DNA of 64,000 nt from Eledone cirrhosa (GCA_964016885.1 OZ024741.1:65720001-65784000); one strand, 5' to 3'. Counted from the stretch's first letter, positions 37,140 to 51,648 are shown. Notes: generated from the sequence alone by a model not told the origin. A program made the numbers and translations.

Positions 37140-38040
37140 GGGAGCAGGAACTTAGAAATCCCACCATAACTAGCTACAACACAGGATTGAACATTCCCTC
37201 CTCATCCAATAACACACACACACTAGGGAACCCCCAACAAAATATAGCGAATCGAGCCACAAAAGAACAGGACAAGATCGCATTCTGTCCTATGGTATAA
37301 CCCGCCCCACTCCTCGGGACTACAATCAAACATAGCGAGACTTTTCTTTATTGCTAAATCACACAGATACAGAAGAATATTTAATAGACACACAGTTAAG
37401 TTATCATACTCTACCACTAAAAATATAGCCCAAAACATAGCAAGGATTAATAATAGAAATTTAAAAATTCAGCATAATGAAAATGCACATACTAACGAAC
37501 AAAATACCACTTAAACATAATAGGAACGCAGAATAACACACAGAGTAGACACCACACCACTAACCCACAACTGACAAATCAATAGACACACAGGCATAAG
37601 GAAAAACCAACCCACTGTAACAACAACATGAACTGTAACTACCGGATTCTAACCAACTGCCCTATGCAAAATAAATGTTTAGTTTATAAATGTAGAGTCA
37701 TTACTAGATACAAAACATATAACTACATAGGTGCAACATCCAATAGCTTTAAGGAAGATGGTGTAATCATTGTCACTCATTTAACTGAAGAGATAAAAGA
37801 ACTAGCACAGCTCTATCCAAACTGATATGGTGACTGAAGCAGAACCGAGTACAGTACTTGCTGTTTTGGTCTAGACTAGCAAATGCAAAGTGAATCTTTT
37901 TTACTTGGCTGTGATCTCTGTACAAAGGAAACTCTACACATTATCAATAGAAGACACCAGGTAATTAACAAACGCTCCAACCTATTTAATACTTGTATGC
38001 ATAAAATTTCAAACACTTTCCTGAGAATATATAATTAGCT
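37140..38040 (+). mobile_element. Penelope-like element 3' region, decayed GIY-YIG endonuclease
   Basis: VLWYNPPHS, HRYRRIFNRHTVKLSYS, CN.R..NCPMQNKCL, VYKC...YIGATSNSFK, STALSKLIW, CDLC.KE and INKRS.LFNTCMHK. Confidence 0.85.
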
Positions 38041-39987
38041 AATTCTGTAAATATTAACCTCCAACTAGACCAAAAAATAATTACTAAACTATACATCAAT
38101 ACATAGTTACACAGGTATCTTCTTTAAGTTATTATATCTGGCTAAAAAAAGATGAATGGTGCACCTGACACAGAGATTGATGGCGATGTCTCACTCAGAG
38201 TCATAACACCAGACACATCAAATTTCATGCTGTTCTGATGTATCGAGCTGGATGAAATCACAACATTAGACACACCTAAGATTGTGCTGTTGTGCAAGAG
38301 TTTTATCACTTGAATTGTTGTATGGGCCCGATTAGCTCTCATGTCAGAGTAGAAGAGGCTAAAACATTGACAGAGTTACTTCACTGCCTAATGAGACATT
38401 GACACCTGCATTTGGAGATAGAGTACAGCAGCACTCTCGGTACAGATCTGTGTTTACCAAGTATTGTACACAAATATATAATCACATATAGACAGGTAAA
38501 TAGATATGCATATGAAATATAACGTGATAAATAAGCACATTTGAAGATAAACAACAATGGCAATATGTAACAGTATTTTAGACAGAAATTGTTTTATTAT
38601 GTACATTCCATAAACATCTAACATGTTTAGATAATAATGAATCATATTTCTGAGGAAGCAAAATATTGCCAGCAAAGATTCCATTCTGCCTATTGTCAAT
38701 TTGTTCAGAAGAACCACAGAAAGCAAATCTATTCTCCAAGAATGCTATGAAAAGTCTTCTTACATTTGTTACTTTCAGCCTTGATCTAGGCTATGATATA
38801 ATTGTCAACTGATGCTGCAATACTGTTCATTGTCGACTTACTTTTCATCTTTGTTTTTTGAAACCATGCTAAAAATAGGTCCAAGAGGACACAACTTCTC
38901 TGGTGTTGATGATAAATGTACACAGTACTCACTGTAAAATGGTCTGTGATAAAAAGGGCATTCAGCTGTAGAAAATCTGTCAAACAAAGAGTCAGAAGGA
39001 CTCTTCATTTGTGTTAAATCCATGACCGCCTCCCTAGTGCTGGTAATCTACATGATAAATGCACTTAGTTCACTCTGTAAAGTGGTTGGTGAGAGGAAGG
39101 AGATACAATTATAGAAAACCTGTCAAACAAAGGATTGGAGGGGAACTCTTCACTTGTATCAAAGCCATGACTACCTCCTTAGTGCTGGTTATCTACATGA
39201 TAAATGTACCCAATACACTCTGTAAAGTAGTTGGTGATAGGAAGGTCATCATTCATCATTTCATTTTACGTCCGCTTTTCCCTGCTAGCAAAGGTGGGAC
39301 GGGAACTGCTGGGGAACGGGACGGGAAGCTTTAGTAAACCTGCTAAACAAAGGGTTGGGGGAGGGGACTCTTCAGTTGTGTCAAAGACTTTCCTAGTGCT
39401 GGTGCCACAATGAAATGCACGGTAGAGTGCAAGAATGTACTCTTGGGTCTCAAATAATCACCCCCACCTTGCTTATTAATTTTTCAGATTCCCATCAGAT
39501 TAGCAAAATTTAATAAGGGCTATCTCCAGCAAAATTATATTTTAAGTGGTAGCATTCTTACGACAATTAATTCTCTTTATACATTATAAAACATTGTACA
39601 TGACAAAAAAAAAGTGCAACCTAGAAAAATTACCGACACCCCCACCATTTATTCCACCCTCATACCCCTATTATTTGGGACCCAAGAATATGTGAGATGT
39701 AGACTCCTGGATCATTTGAGAGGCCTTGCTTGAGTACTGACTTGGTCTATAACAACCAGTCCAACCGTTGTTAGCAGGAAGAAAAGATATTAAATGATGA
39801 TAAGGATGTAGTTTACCTTGTGTAAGAATGACTATGACATAGAATGCTATCCCTTAATTTTCTCTTCTCTTTCTCAATACTCTGTTCTGGATGATTAGTT
39901 AATACTCTTATATTAGACATGACATCACTTGATATTGTTCTATGCTGGCTGTTATGGCTCTATCTATGGTTATATTCCATCATCAAC

Positions 39988-40790
39988 TCACCTCGGATGT
40001 ATGTATGGAAAGCCAGACACACTCCATGCCTGCTCTCCTACAGTGCTGGAGCCATGACAGAAACACCAAGTCCATCCTATATGGTGGTAGTATTGATCAG
40101 TGATCCCAGAGGCATCATTGTCCATAGAGCCAACCAGGTCCCCCTGTGCCCTCGGTCCCATGCCAGCCCCTCTGCATCTTCCGGCCTGTAGCTGCTGTAT
40201 CAAATGAGAGTAAGACCCTGGTAGGAGGCAGAGGACATGTCTGTACCAGTGTATGCAGTAGATGGCTATGAGATGGGAGACGTCGTGCACAAACTCAGCT
40301 CTTTGTTGGAAATGTGGTGGTAACATCTGATGTTCTCAATGGTCCCCAGGGCTCTGTTATCAAAGCCGTCAATCCTCTTTGACAGGGTCTTTGGGAGGGA
40401 CCATGTTTCTGTTCCATAGAGAAGAATGGAAAGGACTGAAGCATTGTAGATACAGAGCTTTGTCTTCTGGAAGATAGAGCAGTGGTGCCAAAAGGACTTC
40501 CATAGGGAGTGCATGACTCTGGTGGCCAGACCACATCTGCAATTGATCTGCTAGGTCAGGTCTCCATTGTTGGTGATTGTGGAGATCAAGTAAATGAAGG
40601 AGCTGACAAACTCCATGACGTTGGGACTTGTATGAAGCAGGGAAGGATCCGGGCCATTACTGACATGCATCAGCTTGGTCTTCACCCAGCTCAACTGAAG
40701 GCCAAGCTTTGCTGATTCCTCTCAGTATATGGTCAGTGCGTCCCTGAGCTGATTAGGGTGGTATCGTCCTCATACTTCAGGTCAGTAAGG
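39988..40790 (-). mobile_element. Decayed RTE-type LINE 3' region
   Basis: TKLCIYNASVLSILLYGTETW..KTLSKRIDGFDNRAL and WYRHVL. Confidence 0.75.
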
Positions 40791-41135
40791 TAAACAAAAA
40801 AATCAAGATGAACAATATAATGATTGGATTGCCTCCCTTGACCCCAACATAGCCAGTCTTATATTTCTCTCCATTTGTAAATGTTACAGTAAAACTATGT
40901 GTAGGAAATAAGTGATTATTTTTGTTTCGGAACATCAATTGATACTTCAAAGACCTTGACTTTTAGAAATTATTCAATGCCAATCCTATTCCTCTTACCA
41001 ATAATATCAATGTTAATCTATGATGTGAAGGCTTTTCCAGCTGTGGATTCTTGTTTCAGTATCATCAGCTTCAGTTGGCAACTGTGGGTCTACTGTTTGT
41101 TCTGGCAGAGAAACAAAAGGAAAGAGAATTTCATA

Positions 41136-41820
41136 AGACAGACGTTAGAGCAAAGGAACTACTACTAGACAGACGTTAGAGCAAAGGAACTACTACCAGA
41201 CAGACGTTAGAACGAAGGAACTACTACCAGACAGACGTTAGAACGAAAGAACTACTACCAGACAGACGTTAGAGCAAAGGAACTACTACCAGACAGACGT
41301 TAGAACGAAGGAACTACTACTAGACAGACGTTAGAACGAAGGAACTATTACTAGACAGACGTTAGAGCAAAGGAACTACTACTAGACAGACGTTAGAGCA
41401 AAGGAACTACTACTAGACAGACGTTAGAGCAAAGGAACTACTACTAGACAGACGTTAGAGTAAAGGAACTACTACTAGACAGACGTTAGAGCAAAGGAAC
41501 TACTACTAGACAGACGTTAGAGCAAAGGAACTACTACTAAACAGACGTCAGAGCAAAGGAACTACTACTAGACAGACGTTAGAGCAAAGGAACTACTACC
41601 AGACAGACGTTAGAGCAAAGGAACTACTACCAGACAGACGTTAGAACGAAGGAACTACTACTAGACAGACGTTAGAGCAAAGGAACTACTACCAGACAGA
41701 CGTTAGAACGAAGGAACTACTACTAGACAGACGTTAGAGCAAAGGAACTACTACTAGACAGACGTTAGAGCAAAGAAATTACTACTAGGCAGACGTTAGA
41801 GCAAAGAAACTATTACTAGA
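41136..41820. repeat. 31-bp minisatellite, about 22 copies
   Basis: Unit agacagacgttagagcaaaggaactactact with variants gaacgaa/gagcaaa and tacc/tact. Confidence 0.97.
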
Positions 41821-43385
41821 GTAAAAACTCTTCATACAAGAAGGGAGACAACCACAGTGAACGGGTGAGAATTAGTAGATGAATCACTTGATTAGCAACC
41901 TTAAGAGGAGAAACAAGTGGAGAAAGTTCAACAAAACAAGAACCATGGAAGTTTTTATAGATAAGAGATAAAGAAGCAGATATCTCTGATGGGAGAAGGT
42001 TGAAGTTTAGCTGCCAAAAACAGGACCAACCATGTTAAAAGCATATTTCCAAGTTCAATCAAGGAGAGAAAAGACACCAGTAGAAGTTCATATATGACAA
42101 CAGTATTGCATATGGTGAGGGTGGAATTAGAGACTTATGAAGATGAAGAATATATATGGCAAATTGGATTTGATCTTGCTCTCTGAGTTCAAAAGCCTCC
42201 AAGATTTGAATATAGAAAAAAGAGAGCCAGAATGAATACCATGAAGCATTCTGTGTAACGTTCTAACAACTCTGCCAATTCACATAAGTATGAGGTATAG
42301 AAATAGAAAAGAATCCGGTTCTGTACAGAATAATGAAAAAAAGCTTAGCTTTTGTGAAGATAAAAGTAACCCATCACTGATCAGCTCAAATAATTACCAG
42401 ATGTACTCTTAAGCCTCAAATAATCGCCCCCCCACCCTTATTAAATTTTGCTAATCTATCTCTGACAAAATTTTATTTTAAGTGGTAGCATTCCCACGAC
42501 AATTAATTTTTTTTAAGCATTAAAAGAACATTATACATGACCAAAAAAAAGTAAATTATTAGAAATCCCATGTTATAAAATAAACAGAATTGTTTGGGGG
42601 TCTCAATACGTGAACTAAACGACTAAATCTGATTAAAAAAAAAAATTCAATGGATACAAACTAGAAAAATTACCGATTTTGCACACCCCCACCTCCGCTT
42701 ATTCCAAACCCCCTCCTTATTATTTGGGACTGGAAAGTAGATCAAGCTCAAGAGAACCAAACATTTTCATCCAATCAAACAGACCAGACTTCTCATTCAA
42801 GCAGGAATATAAAGAAGTGTCATCAACAAAATATCATAAATATAAGATCCAGAAGATCAATTGGGTAAATCAATTATTTAAATTCCGATATTTGGTTGTA
42901 AAAAATCAGATCTTTTTTAAAGTTAGAAATAATTTATATTTCTCTTTATAGTGAGTTTGAAGCCATTTCCTTAACATAAACGTGATAAAAAAAGACATTG
43001 TTTATCTCCCTTAGATCATGTAAACAGTTGTCATTCTTGCAAAACGAATTCCAGTTTCTATTGGACATTAAACAAATGTAAACTGCCTTCAACTGAACGA
43101 ATTGTAAAGGCGACATCCACGCAGCATATCTTGTTCATTTAAAACATGGTGAAACCCATCCCTCTCCTTGTTTTAACAGCCGATTTCTTACAGAAAGGGA
43201 GAGGCGAAAGAACCAACTTTATTTACCAACCCCAAAAGGCAAAGTGACCATGGCAGGATTTGAACTCAGAGTGCAGTGAGCCAAAACAAATGCAGAAGTA
43301 TTTTTAATCCGACACCATAACGACTGTCAATTCACTGCCTATTGAACATTAACAGACATGCAAACCATTTTTTTCCATGACTGAT

Positions 43386-44522
43386 ATAAGGGTCAACTGA
43401 AAAGTTCATAGGCTGACTACTGAAGAAGTGATGCTAGAGATGTGAAATCTTTCATAAAATAATTTCAACTTTCCCTACAGCATGGGAAAGCAAATGTAAA
43501 GTGGCCGAAATAGGGTTCCTCCGAAGGGACTTTGGAGTAACATTACTTGATAGTGTGTAGTTCAGATATCAAAGAGTCACTCTAGGTAGAGCTAGCTCTT
43601 ACTTCTCCAAATTGGGAGATCACAGCTCCAATAATATGGGCATGTGATTAAAATGTCCCAGGAAAGAATAGCTGGACAGATTTTATGGGCAAAACCAACC
43701 AGCAGGAGTAGACTCCGAGCAAGATGGTTCGATAACATCCATGAGCTTGGCTGGTCATTCTTGGGGATCTAGCCAGATCAGTTGGAGATGGTTGCTTCTG
43801 ACAGGACCTGCTGGAAGGAGTGTTTGAGGACTCTGCCCCTCACTCCCCAAGACAGAAAGGACTGGTGTTTTCATTTCATTTATGGCTTTGTTCTGAGAAT
43901 GTATCTTCCAATTGAGTTTGTTGCTGTGACTACGTCTGTGAAGAGAAAGCAAACACCATTAACAATTGATTAGAAAAACAAGATTTTATCGGGGTGAAAC
44001 AGTACCAAAGATGGCACAAGATTACATTTTATTAGGGTGAAATGATACCAAAGACAGCACAAGAGTACATTTTACCAATTAAATGACATAACATGTCTAT
44101 AATGATTCCCTTCTTTTTTTAAGCATAATCATGTTCAGTAAGGCACGAGGTTAAGGTGAACAGTTCATAGGGTGACCAAGATACTCTAATGATCAGTAAG
44201 GCTTACGATGGTTAGCTGGAAAGTTCATAGTCTGACCATGATACTCTCATGGAATGACCATATAATGTTTATTTTTTAACATAGTCCTTGAAAAGAAATA
44301 AACATTGCCAAATAAATTATTTATAGAAATATAAAAATATACTGAAGTGAAAACCAGTCAGTGTGTTTTACTATCTTTTTCTGGTAATATTAGGACATGA
44401 CATTCCCCAAATATAGAAATAATGTATTTATTAATAAGTGTTGAAATTAATGCCTGTAAGATTACATAGCTCTAGCATCACTCCTTCATAGTTAGCATAT
44501 GAACTTTTCAGCCCACCCTCAT
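43386..44522. mobile_element. Cluster of mariner TIR-bearing non-autonomous ends
   Basis: TIR-like ta.gagggtca.ctgaaaagttcatagg at about 43386, 44144 and 44204, with the reverse complement at 44493-44522. Same TIR as at 35856-35882. Confidence 0.65.
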
Positions 44523-44619
44523 ATCTTATTTATGACCAGATCAATTATCTGAACAAAATACATCCTTACCTGTCTCATTTGGATAATCAAGATCTAACTT
44601 TATCTAAAACTAGGGTAAG

Positions 44620-44950
44620 GGTAAAGATGCTCTTCGGTCACAAATAACCATAGAATTTGTACCTAGAATGTTCCCCTCCGAGGCACAAGTCCAGGCAAGG
44701 TGTCTTTTGTGGAAGACTAGCGGTCACCCAACATACCAGTCTCCTCTCTCCACGCCACCAATGTTGTCCAAAGAAAAGGCAATGGCCGATACAGCTTGGC
44801 ACCAGTGTCATTGCAACTCATTTCTGAGTGAACTGGAGCAACGTGAAATAAAGTGTCTTGCTCAAGGACACAATGCAAAACCTGGTCCAAGAATCGAACT
44901 CACAACCTCATGACTGTAAGCCCGACACTAACCATTAAGCCATGTACCTT
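44620..44950 (-). mobile_element. CORE-type tRNA SINE
   Basis: Reverse-complement head gaaggtacatggcttaatggtt, CORE gtgtccttgagcaagacactt and a (tttacc)-like tail. Confidence 0.75.
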
Positions 44951-45534
44951 CACTATCTAAGACTACATTATCCAATAACAATTGTGATTTGGGGAAGATT
45001 TGGTAGCTATTTATATAAGGTTGTGCAACTACTTAAAGTCTTACTTGTACCATATTCAGTTCCATTCTTGTGTTCTGCATTCAATGAATTCCAGCGGAGT
45101 CAATTCTGCCTTTTTATACCACCTGAAATTAAGGCTCAACCACGACAACAATAACATACACAAAAGAAAAAAAAAAAAAAAATCTATGAAATTTGTTGAT
45201 GTCTGTAGAAGTTTCCACTGATTTTATTATTATTAACATTACATTATTTATTTAGATTAACAAGTTAATTTTTCAGAGTTTTTCACTTTTATTACTTTGT
45301 ATGTTTTATTTTATTATCTTTTTTTAGTCTTTCCTGAAAGATTCCTTCTGGTATATCTACAATGAGATAAAGAACCACAAAAAAAAAAAAAGAGCAGTAA
45401 ATTTTAACATGTAAAGTACGTTTGTGTCAGTTTTGTGAATATTTCAATAACAAATATGTACAATCTCAAGTAATTGCACAGTTTCTTTTTGATTTCTTTT
45501 TTTTTTTTACTTTTTTTCTTTGCGTGTATCTGTG

Positions 45535-45576
<42 letters not shown>

Positions 45577-48500
45577 ATGGCTACAGCTGGCTGAGTATCA
45601 AGTAGGTTCCAAACATTCCAGCTGAAGGATCGCAGAAGTATATACAGTATCCTATTGTCAGTGCATTGCTGTGTCCATCTGTCATTGGCCCAAGTCTGCA
45701 TATCTATGTAAAAAGGCAGCAAGAGTGGCAACTCAGCAAAGCAAGTGGTGGGAACACTAAAATTGATGAGTGTTTTATCCACTTGCATTACTGTAATCAA
45801 CTTTTTTAGTGAGGGGTGTGTATAACTTGCAGAAGAGATGGGCTCTGCACAGCACAAAGGAAACGTCTTCAGCTGTGACCTAATAATCAAAAGGGGTAAG
45901 GGACTTGTTATTTACATATAGGTTTTATGGTTTTTAAACTTATTTATGTTGTCCATTTTTTGTTTTAACTTTAGGCAATGTTCAGAAGAGTAGAATGTTT
46001 GCATTGTTTTAACCCTTTTGATACCAGCCCCACCCAAAACTGTCTCAATTCTATAACAAACCTGTTTTAAAATATTTTATTTAAATAAAAAATAACATTA
46101 TAAAAGAATATCTTTGTTCAATTATGTTCTAAACTTGAGCTTATGGTTAGCTATTTTACTAAATCCCTTCAAATTGTTGATTATTTACAAAATTTATTGA
46201 GAAACATAAGTGGTGTATTTCATTAGAAATATGGTAATGAAAGAGTTAAAGGACAAGAGAAAAAAGATGGAGGGTTTATTTAAAGAAAATTCCTCAAGCT
46301 AAGATTGTTCAGCTGTCAATGAGGCAAGATTCAACAAGTCATATCTCATAATGCCCCCCCAAGTCTTTGTCCTCCCCACTTCTCACTCCTATAGTTCATT
46401 AACTATAAACACATAACCTTCCAAAGGAAAGTTTATAGTTTACTACTGAAAACAGCAGCCTTCACAGCAGATAGAAGTCTTTACTGTGAGTTAAAACAAA
46501 TTTGTGATAAAACTGACTGCCTACAAAGGTGTTTCTAACACTGCTGAAAGGTATGGCATCTAACTCAGATAAGCTCTGATATTTCCAATAATTGTTTCTA
46601 CTTTAGGCACAGGGCCAGCAATTACCCAGTGCATTACTGGTACTTTATTTTATCGACCCCGTAAGGATGAAAGGCAAAGTCAACCTCGGCGGGATTTGAA
46701 CTCAAATCGTAAAGGGACGTAATTATGCTGGAAAGCAGGGCGTCCGACCCTCTACCGATACTGCCAATCCAAGATTAACACTGAAAGTTCTGTACTGCAT
46801 GAAATTTCTGCAAGACATTCTTGAAAACTATAAAACATGTATCATGTTAAACATTAATGTAATAGTAAAAATACTATAAACATTTGAATTAACAAACACA
46901 TTTTTAGATATTTTCTGCTAAATCATTACAAGATGTTAAGAGTTAAAAGAGAATTAACCCTTTAGCATTTAAACTAGCCAGAATTTTTTTACCTCTTTCT
47001 ATTCAAATTGGCTGCTCATACTGTTGTTATGGTATTGTTCTCAATATAAATAATACTAAAATCTCATAGTTTCGATATTAAGTGAGGTAAAGCCTTTACT
47101 GTGAAAACACAATAGTAAATATAGAGTAATGTAAGTGCTAAAGGGTTAAACACTAAAATATTCACTAAACTGCACTTGTTATTCAACCAAACAATAACAA
47201 ACTGTCTTTTTCATCAGTTTTTACTGTTTTCTCTATGTTAAGATGGGTGGGAATATTTTTTTTTTTCATTTGCAAAATTGTCTATATTTGCATGTTATTG
47301 GAATAGTTTTCTTTTATATACTAGTGAGTGAGTGATGGATGCCTTTTTCTTACCACTAGCCCATTCATCCATGAAACAAGAGAAAGATCTGTTGTTCAAT
47401 TAGCTAAGCAGTATTTCTTGTTTCATTGACAGAAGAGTAGCATAATTTAATGGCCAAAGTAAAATATTTGAAACTGAAGACCACACTGGTTAACCAGCTA
47501 GTATTTTGACCATAAGATAACATTCAGTGTTTCTTTAACATAGAATAGGGTCTCCTAATGTGGCCCTCTTTTCCTCATACTATACTAAATTCACTTCATA
47601 ATAGCTCTGACATATGCACGTAGCATTTGCGAGAAGAAGAAAGGATGGTTCATTTGTTGCTAAGGTACACCATCAGACACAACTGCATGTATGTAAGGAT
47701 TTGTCACTCCCGATAGAGTTGTAGGGGCGCTGTAGTGACATACATCCTGTCTTATGCTTTTTTAAACTTAGCAGAGCTCATCCCTCTCCAGGTCTAAAGA
47801 CAACCAATGTTTTTCCAGGGAACCAGAGGAGAGAGAGAAAATAAGAGAGTAAGTGAGAAAGAGATGTAGAGGAAGAATTGACCCCACCAGTAATGGACTG
47901 GTACTTTTTTATCATCCTCAAAAGGATTAGAGGCAAAGCTGACCTCAGTAGATTTTGAACTCAGAATACAGAGAGGCAGGAATGAATGTTGTGAAGCATT
48001 CTATCTGATGTTCCAACAACTCTGTCAGTTCCCTGCCTTGTACACACCTACATAGCTTAGTTTGAATGACAAGCAATGTATGAGTGAGATAAGGGAAGAG
48101 ACAGATAGACAGACATACAAATATGGTTTCTCTCTCAGTAATTTTACTTTGGCATAAGCTTATATCATCGAAGACATCACCAGAGAATTTGTCAAGAAGT
48201 AAAGTAAAAAAAAAAAAAAAGATAGTGAACAATTAAAAAGAATAATAATAAAAGCAAGAAGCTGTTTAACAACTCCTGTTTGACTGAACAACCATATAGA
48301 AGAGAATAGAAAACAGCCAACTATCGGACAGTCAATTGTCCGATAACAATGTCTGACTATTTTTCAACTACCGGACATGTTTTAACCATTATCCGATAAA
48401 CAAGTATGTCAAAACTAATATGACTATAGTAGTAATAGCGGTAGTAATAATAGTAGTAGTAGTAGAAATGGTGATAGGTGTAGTAGGAGGAGGAGTAGAA

Positions 48501-48841
48501 ACACTATATACAAGCTTAAAGGACAATCGATGCAGCTGATGAATATAGGTTTGTCCTTTGTTTCTGACCCACAAGCACAAGTCCTGTGTGTGTGTGTGTG
48601 TGTGAGGTTTCTAAGGTGAAAAAAGGATGGAGGCGGTTGAAGTGTTTTTTTTATTACTTTCTTTTCTTTTGTTTCTCTTTCAGTCAAGTTACACTCTTTA
48701 TTATATTCAAGTTTTTTGTTTGTTTCTTTGTTTTTACGCTTTATTTTTTTTAATTTTTTAATTTTGGTCTCCAGAATTTAGTCCATCTGCCAAAATTTTG
48801 CGTTGTTCCTTTTAGTTTCAATCTGCTATACACACAAAGCA

Positions 48842-48945
48842 TTAAATTTCCTCTACATAGTTAGCTGGGAATATCCCCACCTTTCCACGCAACTCTCCTT
48901 GCCACCAGCCATCAGGTTGACGAGTGTAAACATTGATTATGTCAC
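48842..48945 (-). CDS. NOSTRIN: NOSTRIN-like gene, last coding exon (C-terminal half of SH3)
   Basis: tttcctttcag| phase 1, GDIINVYTRQPDGWWQGELRGKVGIFPANYVEEI* (TAA at 48844-48842), with canonical SH3 WW and GxFPxNYV motifs. Confidence 0.92.
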
Positions 48946-49384
48946 CTGAAAGGAAAAAAAAAATATATATATATATATAAGCAGCCATTATTGGTGCCAC
49001 AACAAAATTACTCAACCACACTGTAAAGTGGTCATTCTGGTGCCATGAAAAAAAGCACCCAGTCCACACTGTGAAGTGATCATTTTGGTATCACAACAAA
49101 AAGCATCCAGTCCACACTGTGAAGTGGTCATTCTGGTGCCACAACAAAAAGTGCACAATCCATACTATAAAGCATTCATTGTGGTACCATGATAAAAGGC
49201 ACACAGTCCACTGCAAATATGGCTGGCTTTAGGAACAGCATCAAGCTGTAGAAACTAAGCTAGAAACAGTTCTGTTTGAGCAAGACACGGTCATCTCACC
49301 TGATTTTACTCATACTGGGACAACTCATCTAATCCATACTAGCATGGATAAATGGACGTGATGAGGATGATATATATATATAAG

Positions 49385-51648
49385 GGCTTTCCTGAAATAC
49401 AAATTTAGGAAAGCCAGTCAAGATGTGTATGACGAAAAAGAAGACGATTTAGAGTCGTATGACATACATGATAACTGGAATTTCTTATGTGACAACTTAC
49501 TGCAGGCTACGGATGAAACTTGTGGCTGGAGCAGAGCTCCAACCTGACAGAGAGTGACCTGGTAGTGGAACAGCACGGTAGATAGGGCCATTAGAGACAA
49601 AAGACTAGCATGGAAGGCTTGGAAAAAGGGTGAGATATAAAGGGAAGGATATACAGCCGCTAAGAGAGAAGCTAGACATCAGGTGTATTTAGCACGCAGG
49701 GAGGCTGAGAGTGGGAGGTTTGCCAATGTTCTGCGACGGGAAGATCAGAGACATGCGGTGTTCCACATTGCAAGGCAGTGTGTCAATGCAAGTCAGGATG
49801 TTGTTGGAGATAAATGTGTCTGGGATGATGCCGGTGTACTTAGTGTCACGAATGATCAGAAAAAGGAGGCCTGGAAATGTCATTATGAGAGAATGATGAA
49901 TGTGGAGAACGAATGGGAGAGAGAGAAATTACCCTCAGTAGATCCGACAGAGGGACCAGCTATTGAGATTGACGAATATAGGGTCCAAGAGGCGATTAAG
50001 GAAATGAAAAATGGTAAGGTCGCTGGACCGTCGGGGAAAGTTGCTGAGATGCTGAAGGCATCAGGGGACATAGGCACTAAACTGGTTTCACGCATCATCA
50101 ATCAGGCTATATATGGCGGTGTCATACCCAAAGACAGGTGCAGCAGTATTCTCATAAATTGCTACAAAGGTAAAGGGGATGCTCTGGAGAGGAGTAATTA
50201 TAGGGGTATAAAACTGAAGGATCAGGTTATGAAAGTGGCAGAAAGGGTATTAGCACAACTAATTAGAGAAAGGGTCAAACTAGATTAGATGCAATTTAGT
50301 TTTGTGCCTGGGAAAAGGACAACAGATGCCCTCTTCTTGGTGAGACAATTACAAGAGAGGTTCTTAGAAAAGAATAAGCCACTATACTTAGCTTTTGTTG
50401 ACCTAGAGAAGGCCTTTGGTAGGGTACCCCGATCTGTCATATGGTGGTCCCTAAGGAAAGTAGGTGTTGAGGAATGGTTTGTGAGGACAGTGAAACTTTG
50501 TACAGAGGTACTGTCAGTAAAGTCAGGGTAGGAATGGAGTTTAGTGAGGAATTCCAGATACAAGTAGGAGTACATCAAGGTTCGGTCCTCAGCCTACTCT
50601 TGTTCATTATAGTCCTCCAAGCCATAACAGAGGAGTTTAAGACTGGCTGTCCATGGGAACTTCTCTATGCTGACGATCTGGTTCTTATAGCAGAACCAGT
50701 AGAGGAGCTAGAGAATAAATTCTGGCTATGGAAATAGCAGTTGGAAGCAAGAGGACTGAGAGTGAACCTAGCTAAGACAAAAGTGTTGATGAGTAGAAAA
50801 GAGGACAAAACCATGATTCCATCAGGGAAATGGCCGTGTTTGATATGCAGAAAAGGAACTGGCATAAATTCTATAAAATGCACACAATGTAGATCTTGGG
50901 TTCACAAGAGATGTAGTGGGATAGCAGGCAAACTAACAGGTAGGGAGAAATACATATGCAGTAGATGTACAGGGAAATTAGACAGTAGAAGTCACATTGA
51001 TAGACACATTTTTCAAATGCAGGTGGGTGCTATAGAAGTGGTTGATAGCTTCCAGTACCTAGGAGATCAGATTAGCATGGGAGGAGGGTGTTCCGAGGCC
51101 ATAGTATCTAGAATAAGGACAGGTTGGAAAAGTTTAGGGAGCTGCTTCCTCTGCTGACGAAGAAGGGTTTCTCCTTGCGTATGAAAGGCCGGTTATATGA
51201 TGTCTGTGTGAGGAGCATGATGCTAGTGATACATGGGCAGCAACGGCAGAGGATATGCGATGGCTGGAGAGAAATGAAGCAAACATGCTCCGTTGGATGT
51301 GCAATGTCAATGTGCGTGAACGACCGAGCATGGATGTGTTGAGAGAGAAACTGTGTCTGAGAAGGATAGATTGTAGTGTGCGGGAGAGGAGACTGAGATG
51401 GTATGGACATGAGATGCGCATTGAGGATGACCGCTGGGTAAAGAAGTGCCAAGAAATCCCAGTTGAAGGAAAACGTAGTAGAGGTAGACCACAAAAAACA
51501 TGGGCGGAGGTGGTGAGAGCAGACCTCAGATCACTGAAGCTCACGGTGGAGGTGACGAAGGACCGTGACAAGTGGAGAGATGCTATGCTGAATATGACCC
51601 GTCCATCCCTGCAAGCAAGGAAAAACGGACGTAAAATGATGATGATGA
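49385..51648 (+). mobile_element. 5'-truncated RTE-clade LINE with RT and PHD finger, antisense in the last NOSTRIN intron
   Basis: Homologous to 7221-9881: NYRGIKL, AFVDLEKAF, GVHQGSVL, LLYADD, CLICRKG..CTQC..WVHKRC..CSRC and RLRWYGH. Several stops and frameshifts; tail cggacgtaaaa(tga)n. Confidence 0.95.

Noticed and set aside
38153-38240. Short protein-like ORF MNGAPDTEIDGDVSLRVITPDTSNFMLF
   Set aside because: Only 28 aa, with no recognisable family or supporting splice structure.
39488-39510. Apparent DTYMK ANRWE-like codons on the minus strand
   Set aside because: Needs a frameshift and lies inside a dispersed repeat also present at about 42400-42740.
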